A stretch of DNA of 63,694 nt, filler included, from Catajapyx aquilonaris (GCA_000934665.2; 3 parts of 3 records of this genome joined end to end with filler, not necessarily neighbours in it), one strand, 5' to 3'. Positions 1 through 12,532 are shown, counted from the whole stretch's first letter. Translations and numbers: made by a program. The notes: generated by a model from the sequence alone, not told the origin.

Positions 1-160
1 CCTGAAAGTTTCAGCAAAAAGTAGCTTCCCACAATTATTAGGTTTGGAGTTAATTTCTGAGGATTCTGGGAATTTTACAGAGGTTTGGACTATGCCAAAG
101 TGATCCTGAAGCTAGTCTTAATCATTCCTGAAAGTTTCAGCAAAAAGTAGATCCCCACAC
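1..160. repeat. Tandem repeat, ~126-bp period (truncated by window start)
   Basis: CCTGAAAGTTTCAGCAAAAAGTAG occurs at 1 and again at 127. Confidence 0.6.
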
Positions 161-217
161 CTAGGAGGTTTGCTTGTCAGTTAAAAAATAGTAAGCATAT
201 CTACAAGACAACACACA

Positions 218-808
218 ATGGGGACGGTTGTAACAGCTTCCTTGGGGGCAGTTGTAACATGGCAAAATCATAGGAGAAAGGTCAAGTCTGTGTACAGATG
301 TTACAGCTACACATCTCACATATCTCACAGGATATTGAGAGTAGAAATAGTTATTATTTGTGCAATAAAGCCTCTTACAACCAGTTTGTCAAAAATACGA
401 GTATAGGAATTAAAAATCTATTCTCTTGCAATACTATTCTGCGGATTAAATTCCAGTGTATCGAGAGATAAAGGGCAATCTATGTTGATCAAGTAGGCCG
501 TAAAGACAATTGCCAAGAAGATGAGTGGGTGTAAACTGTTCTTCCATATTACACTTATCATTTAAGACATAGTGTTACTCTGTTACAATCGATCCCATCC
601 TCTGTTACAACCGCCTCCTGCCTCTGCCTTGCCTTGGAAAAATATTTATAAACCGATCAATTTTTAATCTGAAGATTTTATAACGTTAATTTTACAAAGA
701 GGAATGTTGCCTTATTTCCACCGTGTCATAAACCTGTGCCTAAATGCATATGTAAATGAATTTAAAAATCCAGACTAAAAAGTGCGACAACCGACCCCGA
801 TCTCCCTC
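218..808. mobile_element. pogo/Tigger-like non-autonomous element remnant
   Basis: Repeated GGGGxCGGTTGTAACA motifs (220-260) and inverted TGTTACAA motifs (580-612), ending in a CAACCGACCCCGATCTCCC terminus. Confidence 0.4.
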
Positions 809-812
809 ATAC

Positions 813-1097
813 GCAACATGGGTCTCCGATGCATAGTTACCGAGATAGTTAGCATTAAATAAAAAGTGCATTATCCCAGCTTATAGGTTTCGGATACTGC
901 TTACGACACTTCCATTGCCTAGGGCATTCCCTGTTACACCTAACACGATTGTAAATTAAAATTAAATAACATGGTAACACCTTAAATTTAAATGAAAAAG
1001 GTAAGGTCTCTGGAGGGACGCATACCTGCCAGAATATTTCATACCTTGTGCTTGAAGCACATTATCTTGGTAACTATGCGTCGGAGACTCGTGTTGC
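813..1097. repeat. 35-bp inverted repeat pair in a DNA transposon remnant
   Basis: GCAACATGGGTCTCCGATGCATAGTTACCGAGATA (813-847) is an imperfect reverse complement of 1063-1097. Confidence 0.6.
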
Positions 1098-1240
1098 AAA
1101 TGCTGAAAGTGATCGCCTAGAACCCATATATCATTTCCCAAAGCGACTGTCAGTTAAATTGCCGAACCCTGTATAGTCGATTCTTTGGGGGACTGCCTAG
1201 TGAAACACATAAATTGCCCAACAGATACTTGTTCTGCAGT

Positions 1241-2015
1241 AGAGGAGACCGGGGCACGATGGCTACAGGAGTATGATGGCAGTCAAATTTTCAAAGAGGC
1301 CATTAGGTTCACGGACCTGATGCTTATGTGGTAGGTGCAGATCGACATGCTCCACATTACATCCTATTTTAAATTCAATCGCAAAAGACTGTCGGCGGCA
1401 GTACCGATTTTTTTGAATTCTTGACCATTTGAGCAAATTTACAATTTTCATTCGTTATTCTTTTTTCTTCCAATGAAAGTGGTAGATCACTGAGCCCAAT
1501 AATGCGTTTGCAAGGCAGAATATCTGCCTACAAAATGACAGCATAAATGGCCATTTAATATTTGTCACTCAAGAGCAGGAGGACTCTAAACTCTAAAGGT
1601 TTAAAAATGCCTACGGGGCATGATGGCACATTTTGCATGAGGCACATCGGCACATGTCCCTACCCACCTTGACGGACCATGGAGACCATGACAGACCCTG
1701 GGAGACCATGATAGCCTCTAGTGTCTCTGCCCTGTCACTTATTAGGCCAGGGCCATGCACTTTTCCCAGTTTCCAGCTATTTGCTCCTTAGCAGTTAGCT
1801 GGAGGGCAAGCTATGTTATCCTGCAGGCAAAAAGTTCCAAATATCTTTGTAACATCTTTGTAATCTCTTGTAACTATATGGATATGAATTGATAATGTGT
1901 GTGGAAGTAATTTTCATATTATTTCATAAGCCCTACCTTAGCCTTACATTACTGTGCCAATGTGCCCCATGCCTGGTGCCATCGTGCCCTGGGCAAGGGG
2001 CACGATGGCACACGT
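1241..2015. mobile_element. pogo-like MITE remnant
   Basis: Starts TA-GAGGAGACCGGGGCACGATGG, and the GGGGCACGATGGCACA motif recurs in both orientations (1615-1655, 1954-2012). Right end not found. Confidence 0.4.
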
Positions 2016-2104
2016 GCAGAGGCTTTTTAAATAATTTCCAGTGGATAGCATATTATCTAAAATGCAACCATGCAAAAATATCACACAAGGTAAGTGTACC
2101 TGGT

Positions 2105-2211
2105 GTCCAACAAGAATTGTCGCAGCGGCAGCGCACGAACTACAGTATCTCGTGTCCCTGTGCTCGTAGATTGTAGTTCGTGCGCTGCCGCTACGACAAT
2201 TCTTGTTGGAC
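2105..2211. repeat. Palindromic MITE-like hairpin (~40-bp arms)
   Basis: GTCCAACAAGAATTGTCGCAGCGGCAGCGCACGAACTACA pairs with TGTAGTTCGTGCGCTGCCGCTACGACAATTCTTGTTGGAC (1 mismatch). Confidence 0.8.
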
Positions 2212-4585
2212 TGATAGTACTAGTGATCGCCATGTTAAGGAAAAAAATTCATGTCGGACACTCTTTCCAGGGGAATAATTTAAGAAATCTTCGACTTAAA
2301 AATATTGTTTGAATCGTTGAAACTTGCTCTTTCAGCCAATGCATATTCGTTCCACATCAGAGAGGAAAATATTGCGTTAAAAATTGTTATATGCAAGTGT
2401 GTAAATGCTTCCATATTCCCCACCCAAAATGATGACTGTTCTAGTATTTTCGTTGAAAGATAACATGTACATGTAGGACCTCGTCACAAATTAGTTGCGT
2501 AGCCCTGATGCACATATTTCATGTGAGAGTGACAGAATTACTTGGCATGTTGCGAATTCTTCATCTACTGTATTATACTATGTAAGAGCGACATAATGTA
2601 CTGTAATTACTTACTACTGTATGCATTTGCATGTTTAGTTACCCGTAGGGTCATTACGTGTCACGTCCATGCGGAATCACCGTCTTAATGAGTTCAAAAG
2701 AGAGCAAATCCGAGCTTAGTATATGAAATTCCCTATTCCCGCAGTTGCTTTATGCCACAAGTGTCATGGCCACCAAGTATCCACGATTATTTCCATCGTC
2801 CACAATGGGGAGGGCCAATCTAGGTATGTAATAGTATTCCGATATCTACGGTTATACCAATGATTTTTAAAGATAATATATAACGTTACATTATAATATA
2901 ATTATCATGGCCATGGTAGACGTATATGTATCATGAAAACATTCATAAGTGTTAATTTGCAATGCTTCTTTTCATCTGCAAGTGCTTTACCCTTCCTTCT
3001 TAGGTAAGCTGTCCATGCTGACTTTGAGGTCAAAATTTTTGACCTTTTCGTGCACTGCAGAAATTGTTTGGATTTTGGTGAATTACTTAGCTGCCTCTAT
3101 TATGGTGCCAAGTTTCATTCAACAAATCCATTTACATGTCCTGACCTTGCCTTGTAGGATGAGGTAATGAGAAACTAAGTTGGCTTATTGTTTTCAATTA
3201 CTAATTGATGGCTCATAGGGCCAGTTTTAAGGATATCAAGTGTATGGATGAAGTAGGCCCTTTATATAGAGAAATATATTAAAGTGTATTTCATTAACAC
3301 ACCACAACACACTCAGGCAATGCTGTGTTACTTGCTAGTTATTTCCAACTCATTTCAAGTCTTTCAAGTTGCTCGCATCAATGTAGAAGACAGGTGCCCA
3401 TCCGAGAGTCCACGAAGTGTCTTGCGACTCCCAAGCTGCTTACCAACATGGACCGAGTAACACAACCTGGGTTGATCAACAAGCTGTCACACTCTGCACC
3501 TGTAAATAAAGCAAGATAAGTCCAACCTGCACAAATTAATAATAATGCTAATGCTAATTACCACTCCACCTCATTAAAATTCCACTCTTTCTGGATGGGC
3601 GGGTGGGAGGAGAACTTTTCGGGTTTGCCCCTGACCCTCTGGCTGACCCGTGGGCTGACCCCAGCCTGTCCAGCTGCGTCCTGCGGCCCAGAGTAGTTGT
3701 GAAGACATGTGGCATTGTAAGGGGGTAGGTGCAAGGTGGGTATCAGCGCCATCCCTCCCAATCGCGGTGGCGGTGGAGGGGAGAAGCACGCAGGGAGCGC
3801 GAGAGTGAGACTGGGTGTACCAAAAACCACCATCGAATATTAAGAATCATTCTGAAGAATAAGCGGAAAAAAGAGGTTATTGATGTTACCAAGAGCTAAT
3901 GAGGTTACCCTATACGTTTTGCGGTCACTGCTTCATATTTTGAGGCTCTTATGAAACCAAGACCTACAGGGTGTACCAAAAAAAGGATAGATTTTAATAA
4001 TCTGCAGAATAAGCGGTACAAGCAGGTGTAACTTATGTTTCCCCTGTTTTTACGGTCGCTGATTTCGATTTTTAGGTTATTTTGAAGCTATACCTACAGG
4101 GTGCATTAAAATCTCACTATATGGAGTCTACGAACGTGTATAATAAGCATTAGTTGAAAATAACATTTACCGATGTTTTCGAGGTTCTAATTTTTATTTT
4201 TTAGGTTCATTTTGTACCAGGACATACAGGGTGTACCATAGAAAGACCATCGAATTCAAGAACTTGTGGAATCTACATTATAAGTACGGATATGTGAGAT
4301 GAGATGAGATATGTGAATTCACCTTAACGCATCGCGATTTTCTGAGGTATTTTATGCCTCAAACCACAGGGTTCCCTTGGGACTAATAATTTATGTCCCA
4401 AGGTAGCATTTACTGAAGTGGGGTCGCACCGTAATACCTATACTGAAGTAATTCAGTGCAAAAAGAATAAGTGGCCCCTGAAAGTGAATATCGTAGAATA
4501 TTTCCTTCAGCTGCGGCTCGCCGCAGCTGATAATTACTTGGATAGTTTCCCAATTATCCTCAGGTCAACTTAAATCCAATTTCAT

Positions 4586-4913
4586 AGGGGAGGCGAAGTG
4601 GCGCTGCGGTAACGTATGCGCCCGCGGATGTTAAGGTCCCGGGTTCGATCCCAACCCGGGGTTCCCCCCTTCATCTCGCGCAGAGTGAGACCGTCTCTGG
4701 CTTCGTTTCGGGTGGCGATCCTTTCACATATGCCACCCGGGGGAGTTCACAAAACGGCACATCAACGACATTGCACACGCACTTTGCACATCCCCTCCTA
4801 CCTACCCTTGGAACACACTAAATACTATCTTAGTATACCGGTTCCACCCAAATGGTGGTATTCCACCCCCCTAAAGGAAATGTAACTCCCAATGGGGTAA
4901 TGCAAAAAAAAAA
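4586..4913 (+). mobile_element. tRNA-derived SINE, head A + tail T1
   Basis: A box TGGCGCTGCGGT, B box GGTTCGATCCC, poly(A) tail, 14-bp TSD AAATCCAATTTCAT (4572-4585/4914-4927). Confidence 0.93.
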
Positions 4914-5243
4914 AAATCCAATTTCATCACTGACTCGTACCAAGATCTGCTCGTACTGACTCCGTTTTGTATGCCTAATTGAACTTCAAAATTTGTGAAA
5001 ATTTGTGGAATGTTACCAGTTGAAATTTCTCGGATTTCCAAGAAACAAATATACCCATTATAGATATTCTGTTAACAGTCCCAAATCCATGCTCTATGAG
5101 ACCAAGTACCGGTACTTATTTTTCTTAACATTCAGTTTTTAATCTTTTTATCATTATGCAATCATGTCAAAAGCAGGCGCGTTCCGATGAATCAGAAGAA
5201 TGCTGAATGTTTGAACAGCGTATTTTGTATATTATTTTCTGTT

Positions 5244-5548
5244 GACCGAAGCAGGTTGGCATAGTGGATAAGGCGTCCGACTGCTAATCGGAAGGTCCTG
5301 GGTTCGAATCCCGGTGCCGGCAACTCTAACCGTGGTTTTCTGTGGTTTCCCACGGTTTCTCCAGGAGAATTCCGGAGTTGTTTCCTAATAAACAGGCCAC
5401 AGCCGCCCCCTTCCTTTCCTATCCTCTCCCAAAGAGCAATAAGTAAAAATGCAAGCAAAGAGTTCCAGACAAAACAAAAATTCCCCCCTAAAGAGCCGCC
5501 GGCTGATAACGGGGTATGAATTATTATAATTATTATAATTATTATTAT
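5244..5548 (+). mobile_element. tRNA-derived SINE, head B + tail T1
   Basis: tRNA-like head TGGCATAGTGGATAAGGCGTCCGACTGCTAATCGGAAGGTCCTGGGTTCGAATCCC, (ATT)n tail, 16-bp TSD TATATTATTTTCTGTT. Confidence 0.93.
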
Positions 5549-6696
5549 TATATTATTTTCTGTTACATTTGGAGTGTTTATGGTGTTTATGATACAATAT
5601 GTTAGTCTGGGTTGGAAGTTTCCTCAAAATTTAAATCAGCGACAGTAAAAACTGGGGAAACATTACTTTCACCTACAAGAGGCCTATTTATTAAATTCTA
5701 TCGTGTTATCGGTACTTTATTCCAAGACATCTCAAATTTGACGGGGTATTTGATACAGGCTCTTGGTCAGGGTTCAGTGTAGCCTAAAAATCACAATAAT
5801 TGTCCATCAACATACGGTAAAATATCATTTTCACTTATCCGTACTTATAATGTAGATTCCACAAGTTCTTGAATTCAATGGTATTTTTATGGTACACCCT
5901 GTATGTCCTGGTACAAAATAACCTAGAAAATCAAAATTAGGACCGCGAAAACATCGGGAAATGTTATTTTCACCTACTTGTAATGCTTATTATTATACAC
6001 GTTCGCAGATTCCATACTGTGTTTTTAGTACACCCTGTAGGTGTAGCTTCAAAATAACCTAAAAATCGAAATCAGCAGCCACGAAAACATGGGGAGAAGT
6101 GTTTTTTACGTACTTATACGATTTAGTTGAGGAACTATCATTTTCTTTCGTTTGTTTTTCCTGATATTGGCCACTGTGCGGCGTAGCCAGGGTAAGGGGG
6201 GGGGGTTATGTGAGGGTAGAACGAAGAGGCCCGCCGCAGGCGATTTTTTTTTGCTGTTCAAGCTCACATAAAGCTACAATATTTGCGCATATGCGTTTTA
6301 ACACCTTAAAATTGCGGATTGGAANGGGTTACAACCCCCCCTGCCTACAAGTCACTTCACTGGATGATTCTCTCAGCACTGTTCCCACAACGTTCCCACC
6401 AACGCAGATCTCAAATCGCGTCTCGCCAGAGTCGAGAGTCACAAGTCCAGGTTCACCACAATTTCAGTAGCACGTACTGTACCATTCCATCTGAATCTCT
6501 GCTCATCACGCGAATCGAAATGTTATGCTTCCAAGCATTTCTCCCGTGGAGTATACGGAAGAAACTATCGCCACAGGCTTCACAGACGTCACAATAATAG
6601 TCATCTGTAGTTTTACCTCGTCCAACCTGGTTCCTGATTTCACTAGGTAGTCCCCCCAAAGAATCGACTATATTTTTCTTCCTATACTCTATATAT

Positions 6697-7810
6697 GGGT
6701 GGTTCTCCAAAAACTTACCAATACCATGTCCCAGCATAATAACTCAAAAATGGCTTGACTGAGAGAGTTGATTTTTTAAACATTTGGAGAAGCAGTTGAC
6801 ACCTAGCCATCCCCATGAAAACAAAGAAAAATATTAAATTAAGTTTTACTGCAAAAAATGTCAAAGGGCCTAAAATCACTATTCTTGGCATGTCCCGATC
6901 TCATTTTAAAGCATGCAATATTTTCTTACAGTTTTATTATTAACATTAGACAAGTTTCAATACTATAATTAAATTGTACATAGTTGCAGGTATAAAACAA
7001 CATTTTTAAAACGATTTATTCATTTGACATGACCTTGCTGCATCACTCCAAAGTGTGTCCCGAGTTTTCCCAGAAATAAAAAGTTCACACTCCTGGCTCA
7101 TTTTTCTATGTCACAAAATAGCTTAAATATTTTGAAATAACTGTGATTCCATGGCATGAAGGGTCTTCTTGAACCCACAGAAATTTCCTGAGTCAACGTT
7201 TGTTCTGGACCGTGATATTATAATCCTAATGCATCCAAAGGCCATTCTTCTGGCTCCCAAACTCCCGGACATAAAAAGTTCACACTCCTGGCTCATTTTT
7301 CTATGTCACAAAATAGTTTAAATGTTTTGAAATGACTCTGATTCCATGGCATGAAGGGTCTTCTTGAACCCACAGAAATGTCCAGAGTCAACGTTCGTTC
7401 TTGACCGTGATATTAATCCTAATGCATCCAAAGGTCATTTTTCTCCCGGAAATTAAAAGTTCACACTCCTGGCTCATTTTTCTATGTCACATCATAATAG
7501 CTTAAATGTTTTGAAATAACTGTGATTCCATGGAATGAAGGGTCTTCTTGAACCCACCGAAATCTCCATAGACAACGTTTGTTCTGGACCGTGATATTAA
7601 TCCTATTGCTTGCATAGGTCATTCTTCTGGCTCCCGAACTCCTGAAAATATTCACTTTCCTGGCATTAGAATATCAGAATTAGTTCTCCATATTTTTCCC
7701 TGATTTGTGACCTCATATAGAGTAAGTGAGAATTTTTCCAGATTTTTAAAACAAGTTTTGAAATTCATTAATTCTTGCTTTGAAAATGGTAAATTTTTGG
7801 AGAATCACCC
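6697..7810. mobile_element. Non-autonomous TIR element, Sola2-like ends, with internal ~190-bp tandem array
   Basis: TIR GGGTGGTTCTCCAAAAACTTACCA / TGGTAAATTTTTGGAGAATCACCC, flanked by ATAT. Internal units start AAGTTCACACTCCTGG at 7081, 7276 and 7457, with a partial unit near 7650. Confidence 0.8.
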
Positions 7811-7826
7811 ATATACGTACTCTACG

Positions 7827-7932
7827 TATATCGCTCAAAAACATATAGAGACGATTTTGCATTTGATTCAAGTGCAGGCAGCACTTGAGTCAAATGCAAA
7901 ATCGTCTCTATATGTTTTTGAGCGATATAGTA
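7827..7932. mobile_element. ~105-bp palindromic MITE (TACTATATCGCTC family)
   Basis: Near-perfect palindrome. Other copies at 25874-25980 and 47469-47574, half copy at 8674-8738. Confidence 0.85.
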
Positions 7933-8072
7933 CCTACTCGTGATGTTTGGTTTAACACTTACCTTAGTTCATGGGAATAATGTAGCACCATTTCTAATAA
8001 ATGCTGGGATTTACCTTCAACAACCTCCACACGCACTTGAAAGCGACTGATCGACTCGACGCTCCTTATTAT

Positions 8073-8323
8073 CAGTGGCGTAGGCAGGGGGGGGGGCCCG
8101 GGGGGGCCGGGCCCCCCCCGAAATGTTAAGAAAAAGCAATAAATGCATTACATTATGTAACAGTAAAGAAAATTTTCGCGGTTTATGAAATCCTCCCCCT
8201 CCCCTCTCCGACTCGAATACTGTTATGATACGTCAAAAAAGTCTTACAATAGGTTACAATATTATGAAACGGACCGATCGGCCATGGGCCCCCCCCCGAA
8301 AAAAATTTCTGCCTACGCCACTG
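8073..8323. mobile_element. hAT-like MITE
   Basis: TIR CAGTGGCGTAGGCAG / CTGCCTACGCCACTG, G/C-run subterminal tracts, TTATTAT duplicated on both flanks. Confidence 0.85.
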
Positions 8324-8673
8324 TTATTATTATCGAAGATCCTCCACAGCATATCCTCATAAATGGTCAGGATTGTTGCACCAAGTATTTTGGCCAATAC
8401 AGTGGTAGTACATGACCTCCTTTAGAGGAATTTTTTAAAAATTGAAAAAGTGAAGCACAGGCTGCCCACATCACTGACCGAAAATGTCACCACGATTTTG
8501 TCACAAGAAGCCTGATACCCTAGAAGAGCCGCGCGAATGGGGGATATTTGAAGAGTTGTGCTTACAATAGTGAGCCTCGAGGTTAGAAGACTTGGAAAGC
8601 AGCATAAAATGCAGCAATCAGGACCATTTATGAGGATATGCTGCGGAGGATCTTCGATAATAAGGAGCACCCG

Positions 8674-8738
8674 CTCAAGTGCAGCCTGCACTTGAATCAA
8701 ATGCAAAATCGTCTCTATGTTTTTGAGCGATATAGTAC
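8674..8738. mobile_element. Half copy of TACTATATCGCTC palindromic MITE
   Basis: Matches the centre and one arm of 7827-7932. Confidence 0.75.
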
Positions 8739-9198
8739 AGTACAACACTCTTAAGAGCAACTATTTGTACAGTACTTATAAAGAATGACATTTTCTCAAG
8801 ACATATAGTCTACTTATGGTCAAAAAAGCAACGTTGGACAGAAACAAAATGCTTTCTTACTGGATGAAACTGACTTATTGTAAAACAAAAAACCGCAACA
8901 GAAAAATTTTAAGGACCAAATGAAACCAAAACCAAAAAACATTACAGATCCTGTAGTCACAGAGTAATAACTTGCATAATAATGAAAACAAATCGCAAGC
9001 TCACACGCAGCAGAATGTATGTAAAATGACCAGGTAAATCAAAGAAATTAACAAATACCATCTAGGCAAAGGTCATATTTTCAGATCCATAGCATGAAAG
9101 AACTCTTAAATGCCTCCGCTCTTAATAAATCAGGTTACTCAAGAAACTTGTTGCAGAGGTGGTACTCAATGAATAAGTGGGAGAAGCACAGGATATCC

Positions 9199-9353
9199 CA
9201 AGGGGTTAACCACTTCGGTATCCCGGTGTACACCTGCAGTGGTACTCCCAGGTACTCCTTAGGACTTAGGTACTTTACTCTTAGGTACTCCTTGGTACTC
9301 CTTGAATTTTGGTTCTCCAGTGTACACTTTACAGTCAAGTGGTTAACCCCTTG
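9199..9353 (+). mobile_element. MITE with CAAGGGG termini and 8-bp TSD (P-element-like)
   Basis: TIR CAAGGGGTTAACCACT / AGTGGTTAACCCCTTG, TSD GGATATCC/GGAGATCC, internal GGTACTCC repeats. Confidence 0.85.
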
Positions 9354-9496
9354 GGAGATCCTTACACCAACTGCATTTTAGAAAGGCATAAAATGCACAC
9401 TAGTCATCTTTATCTAATTTGAAGCAAAACTGAACAGGTGTCTGAAATTATGCAAGCTTGTCCTCCATGTATATCTTTATGAGATTGTTACACGTG

Positions 9497-9849
9497 GGGG
9501 AAGGACGGTGTGGTGGTCGAGATGGTAACGTCTTGGCTTGCTGAGTGAAAGGTCCCAGGTTCGATCCCCGCCTGGGAGTTCCCTTTCACCTGCGTCGGGA
9601 GGGTCTCTGCGCTACACCTATGGAGGTGTCTGACAACCTAACCTCCTAGAAGGGGGATTGCACATGGCCCAACCTTGAGACATTGCACTTGTACCCATTT
9701 CCCCTCCCCCAAAAAATCCATATCCTCTCCCATTGTCCTGTTTCCTTGCACCGGAGATTGAAGAAGAAAAGTACAAGAAAATTGATTGTGGTGTACCACC
9801 CCCGAAAAGGCCTATGTAAACCTATCACGGGGTAAAATAAATAAATAAA
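9497..9849 (+). mobile_element. tRNA-derived SINE, head C + tail T1
   Basis: A box TGGTCGAGATGG, B box GGTTCGATCCC, (TAAA)n tail, 15-bp TSD AGATTGTT(A/C)CACGTG. Confidence 0.92.
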
Positions 9850-10970
9850 AGATTGTTCCACGTGTGCAGTACACAATCAACATAAAATAAGACGACACTG
9901 TCTGACAGTTTTCACAAAAACTTTCGTCGGTCTAAAAAAATTAACATTTAGGGGGCTATGCCCTCCTCAAAAAGGGGGTCACAGGGTCATTTTGAGCAGG
10001 TAACTTTAGGGGCGTTTTTCACCCTTTGGGGTGGGCTACCAATTCACCGAATTTCAATAAAATCGGGGAGTGACACTTGGATAGTGTCCCTTTCAGCTGA
10101 TAAATGGCTCAGACGAACAAAATAAAAAGGGTCGGCTCCAGCTGACGACATGACTGTGTGGAATAAACTGCTCAACAAACTTATCCTGCGAAAGGAGTCA
10201 TTAGTACCTTTGCAAAATGTAATACACCTTTATACTTCCTGTATACTGATATGATCAGATAGTACTTCAGTAGCGTACACAATCCACGATCGCAAGACTA
10301 ATCCAGATATAGACTTTTTACAGATAATACGGAAAAATCATTGATGTAAAGAGTAACACTCGTAACTTCCGACGTACTTAAACTGATGTTCGTACTTAGA
10401 ACAAACAGAACGTCAAGTGCACGGACTGGTCAAGTGTATAACCAAAAATAAATATAAATAAAAGTTTTGGAGCGTCCGAAAGGACGGCCAAACCACCACG
10501 CAAGTCCTCAAATAATTATTATCACAGCTGTGCTGCAAAAGAAAACACTAAGGTAGAAAAAAAGGAAAGATATGGTGTATACAAAAGTAAAAATAGATCC
10601 AAATAATATGCTACGGAGGTCCGTGTGGGATAGCCATGTTACACGTGCTTAGATATACAGTAGTAGGTTATAGGCTGCAAATTGCACAGTCATATATTCT
10701 ATGTCGATCAAAATACAGGTGGACCGTTTCATCGATTGCCTGATTTTACGTATATAGACTACCATTTACTACACTGGCTCCGGTGATGTCATAAGTGAAG
10801 GCACAGAAAACAATAGGATATCCTGAATAGGATGAATGAATCCTTAATGGGGACGAAACTTTCTGATTGGACAGACGGTATGAGGCAGCTGCAGATATAG
10901 AGAAAAGCTGCGATAGTGATAACGAACAGGTAGATGGTAATGTAGGTGACATATGTAGTGAGGTCACAGG

Positions 10971-11088
10971 ATGGCATGTTGTTGCTCTGGAGTAGAGCGA
11001 GAAAGGAAGAAAATCAACCAGCAAATTGAACAGCAGCTCTACAAGGACAAACGAGATTCTAAAAAGGAGATTAAGCTTCTTTTACTTG
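10971..11088 (+). CDS. Galphaq: G protein alpha-q subunit-like, first coding exon
   Basis: Hand translation [40 protein letters not shown], the Gq-type N-terminus with Cys cluster and KLLLLG. Phase-1 donor GTAAGT. Not in the ORF track. Confidence 0.92.
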
Positions 11089-11588
11089 GTAAGTATGTTA
11101 TTATCTGCGGTACAGTATAATGTGCTGTGCAGTTAGAAGGAAACTGAGGATCTCCCACATGTAATCCGCCTATATTATAATATTGTACACTATGATACTT
11201 TTATTATGGAAGGTCTTTTTCACAGGCCCTTGCATTTTAGCATGTACAGTTTCAATTTTTAAAAGTCAGAAGGTGATCTTTTTCAGCACTATACCTATTG
11301 CAGCATTGAATTTCAGCGCACCGAAATCAGTCTTGACTCTATATAGAACAGCTTTGAGGGAACCGTCAGGTACTGAACAGGTTTGCGGCGAATACTGTAG
11401 TATCAGAGAAATTAATACCAAATTCTTCGCCGAAACGTGATTTTTCTCCTAAAGGACGGGTTTCCACTGAACATGATGTTGTTCTGAATAATTATAATCA
11501 GCAAATCACACACTATACACCATTTTTGGGGGAGATCACCAGATCATTGACTCGTACACCTGCAGTTTTTGCCTATAGGGAGCAGGAT

Positions 11589-11736
11589 CAAGGGGGTAAC
11601 CACTGGACTGAAAAGTGTACACTGGAGTACCTAATTCAAGGAGTACCAAGGAGTACCAAAGAAAGTACCTAAGGAGTACTACCTGGGAGTACCACTTGCA
11701 GGTGTACACCGGAGTACCGAAGTGATTACCCCCTTG
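11589..11736 (-). mobile_element. CAAGGGG-terminus MITE (P-like)
   Basis: Same family as 9199, inverted. Perfect 8-bp TSD AGCAGGAT. Confidence 0.88.
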
Positions 11737-11817
11737 AGCAGGATATGGGCATGATATTGATAAGCACTAGTGCCAACGCGGCGACCTCGTAAAATCCAAT
11801 CAGTAGGCCTATTATTT

Positions 11818-12532
11818 GAGGCGCTCCCAAGCAAAAGCAGCGAACTCAATAATAAGAAACTGTACAGGAGAGGAGAAAACCCTGTCATTTGGAAACGGTT
11901 GCAAACTGAAAGTAGCTGATAAGGGGAGTCATGAGACGGCATTTTTATGCATTTTTAAATGTAAATTTTGAAAATCGTGGATTGGTAGTTTAGCCACAAA
12001 TTTGGAGGTCGGTTTGGAGTTAGCTCGTTTGCTTCGAATCCTCTGGAGTTAGCGGGTTTTGCTTGAAAAAGTCTTTTTTTCCGCAGAAATTATAATTTAA
12101 CAATAATGTGGAGAATGTTAAAATCGTGCTGATTCCACCACTCCCGAGACAGTCACATGTATACTCGTATATGTTTCATAGAGATACGGAAAAAATTTAA
12201 CGCATTTAACATTATGTGTGACGGAATTATTGTACCGACGTTATTGGCCATTAAAGCAAAGCGTAACGAGGCAGTCTGTGTTCTGATTATGCAATCGGCA
12301 TAGAAGGTAACCTTTGACCTCGGAGGTCACATATGGAAAAATTATCACATTGGAGCTGGCTTGTTATGCACACAAACGTGGAGTTAGTTGCTTTTGCTTG
12401 ATACAAACGTATTTCTTGGCTTGGACTTAGCTGGTTTTGCTTAGGACACGCATATTTGGGGCCACTTCACACCCATTTCTCATTCATTTTCCCCCTCTAT
12501 TGGAGTTAGCTGCTTTTGCTTGGAAGCTCCTC
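11818..12532. mobile_element. Non-autonomous TIR element, Sola2-like
   Basis: GAGGCGCTCCCAAGCAAAAGCAGCGAACTC pairs imperfectly with GAGTTAGCTGCTTTTGCTTGGAAGCTCCTC. 4-bp TSD ATTT. GGAGTTAGCxGxTTTTGCTT is repeated internally. Confidence 0.75.

Larger units (their letters stand above)
3811..6095. mobile_element. Foldback-like element with ~260-bp inverted arms built of ~130-bp subunits
   Basis: 4039-4297 is an imperfect reverse complement of 5831-6095. CAGGGTG recurs at 3967, 4097 and 4227. Two SINEs are inserted in the interior. Confidence 0.7.

Noticed and set aside
3558..3833. GC-rich minus-strand ORF
   Set aside because: No recognisable motif or convincing splice pair.
4586..5325. SINE heads as genuine tRNA genes
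   Set aside because: No complete acceptor stem or T-run terminator. They continue into SINE bodies and are bounded by TSDs.
6172..6356. Additional hAT-like MITE
   Set aside because: The left end resembles the family, but the right TIR and TSD are too degenerate to define.
6340..6737. Minus-strand ORF with CDVCEAC
   Set aside because: Starts inside a transposon end and has no family motif I can support.
7078..7665. Possible CRISPR-like array
   Set aside because: Whole ~190-bp units are repeated, with no repeat-spacer alternation.
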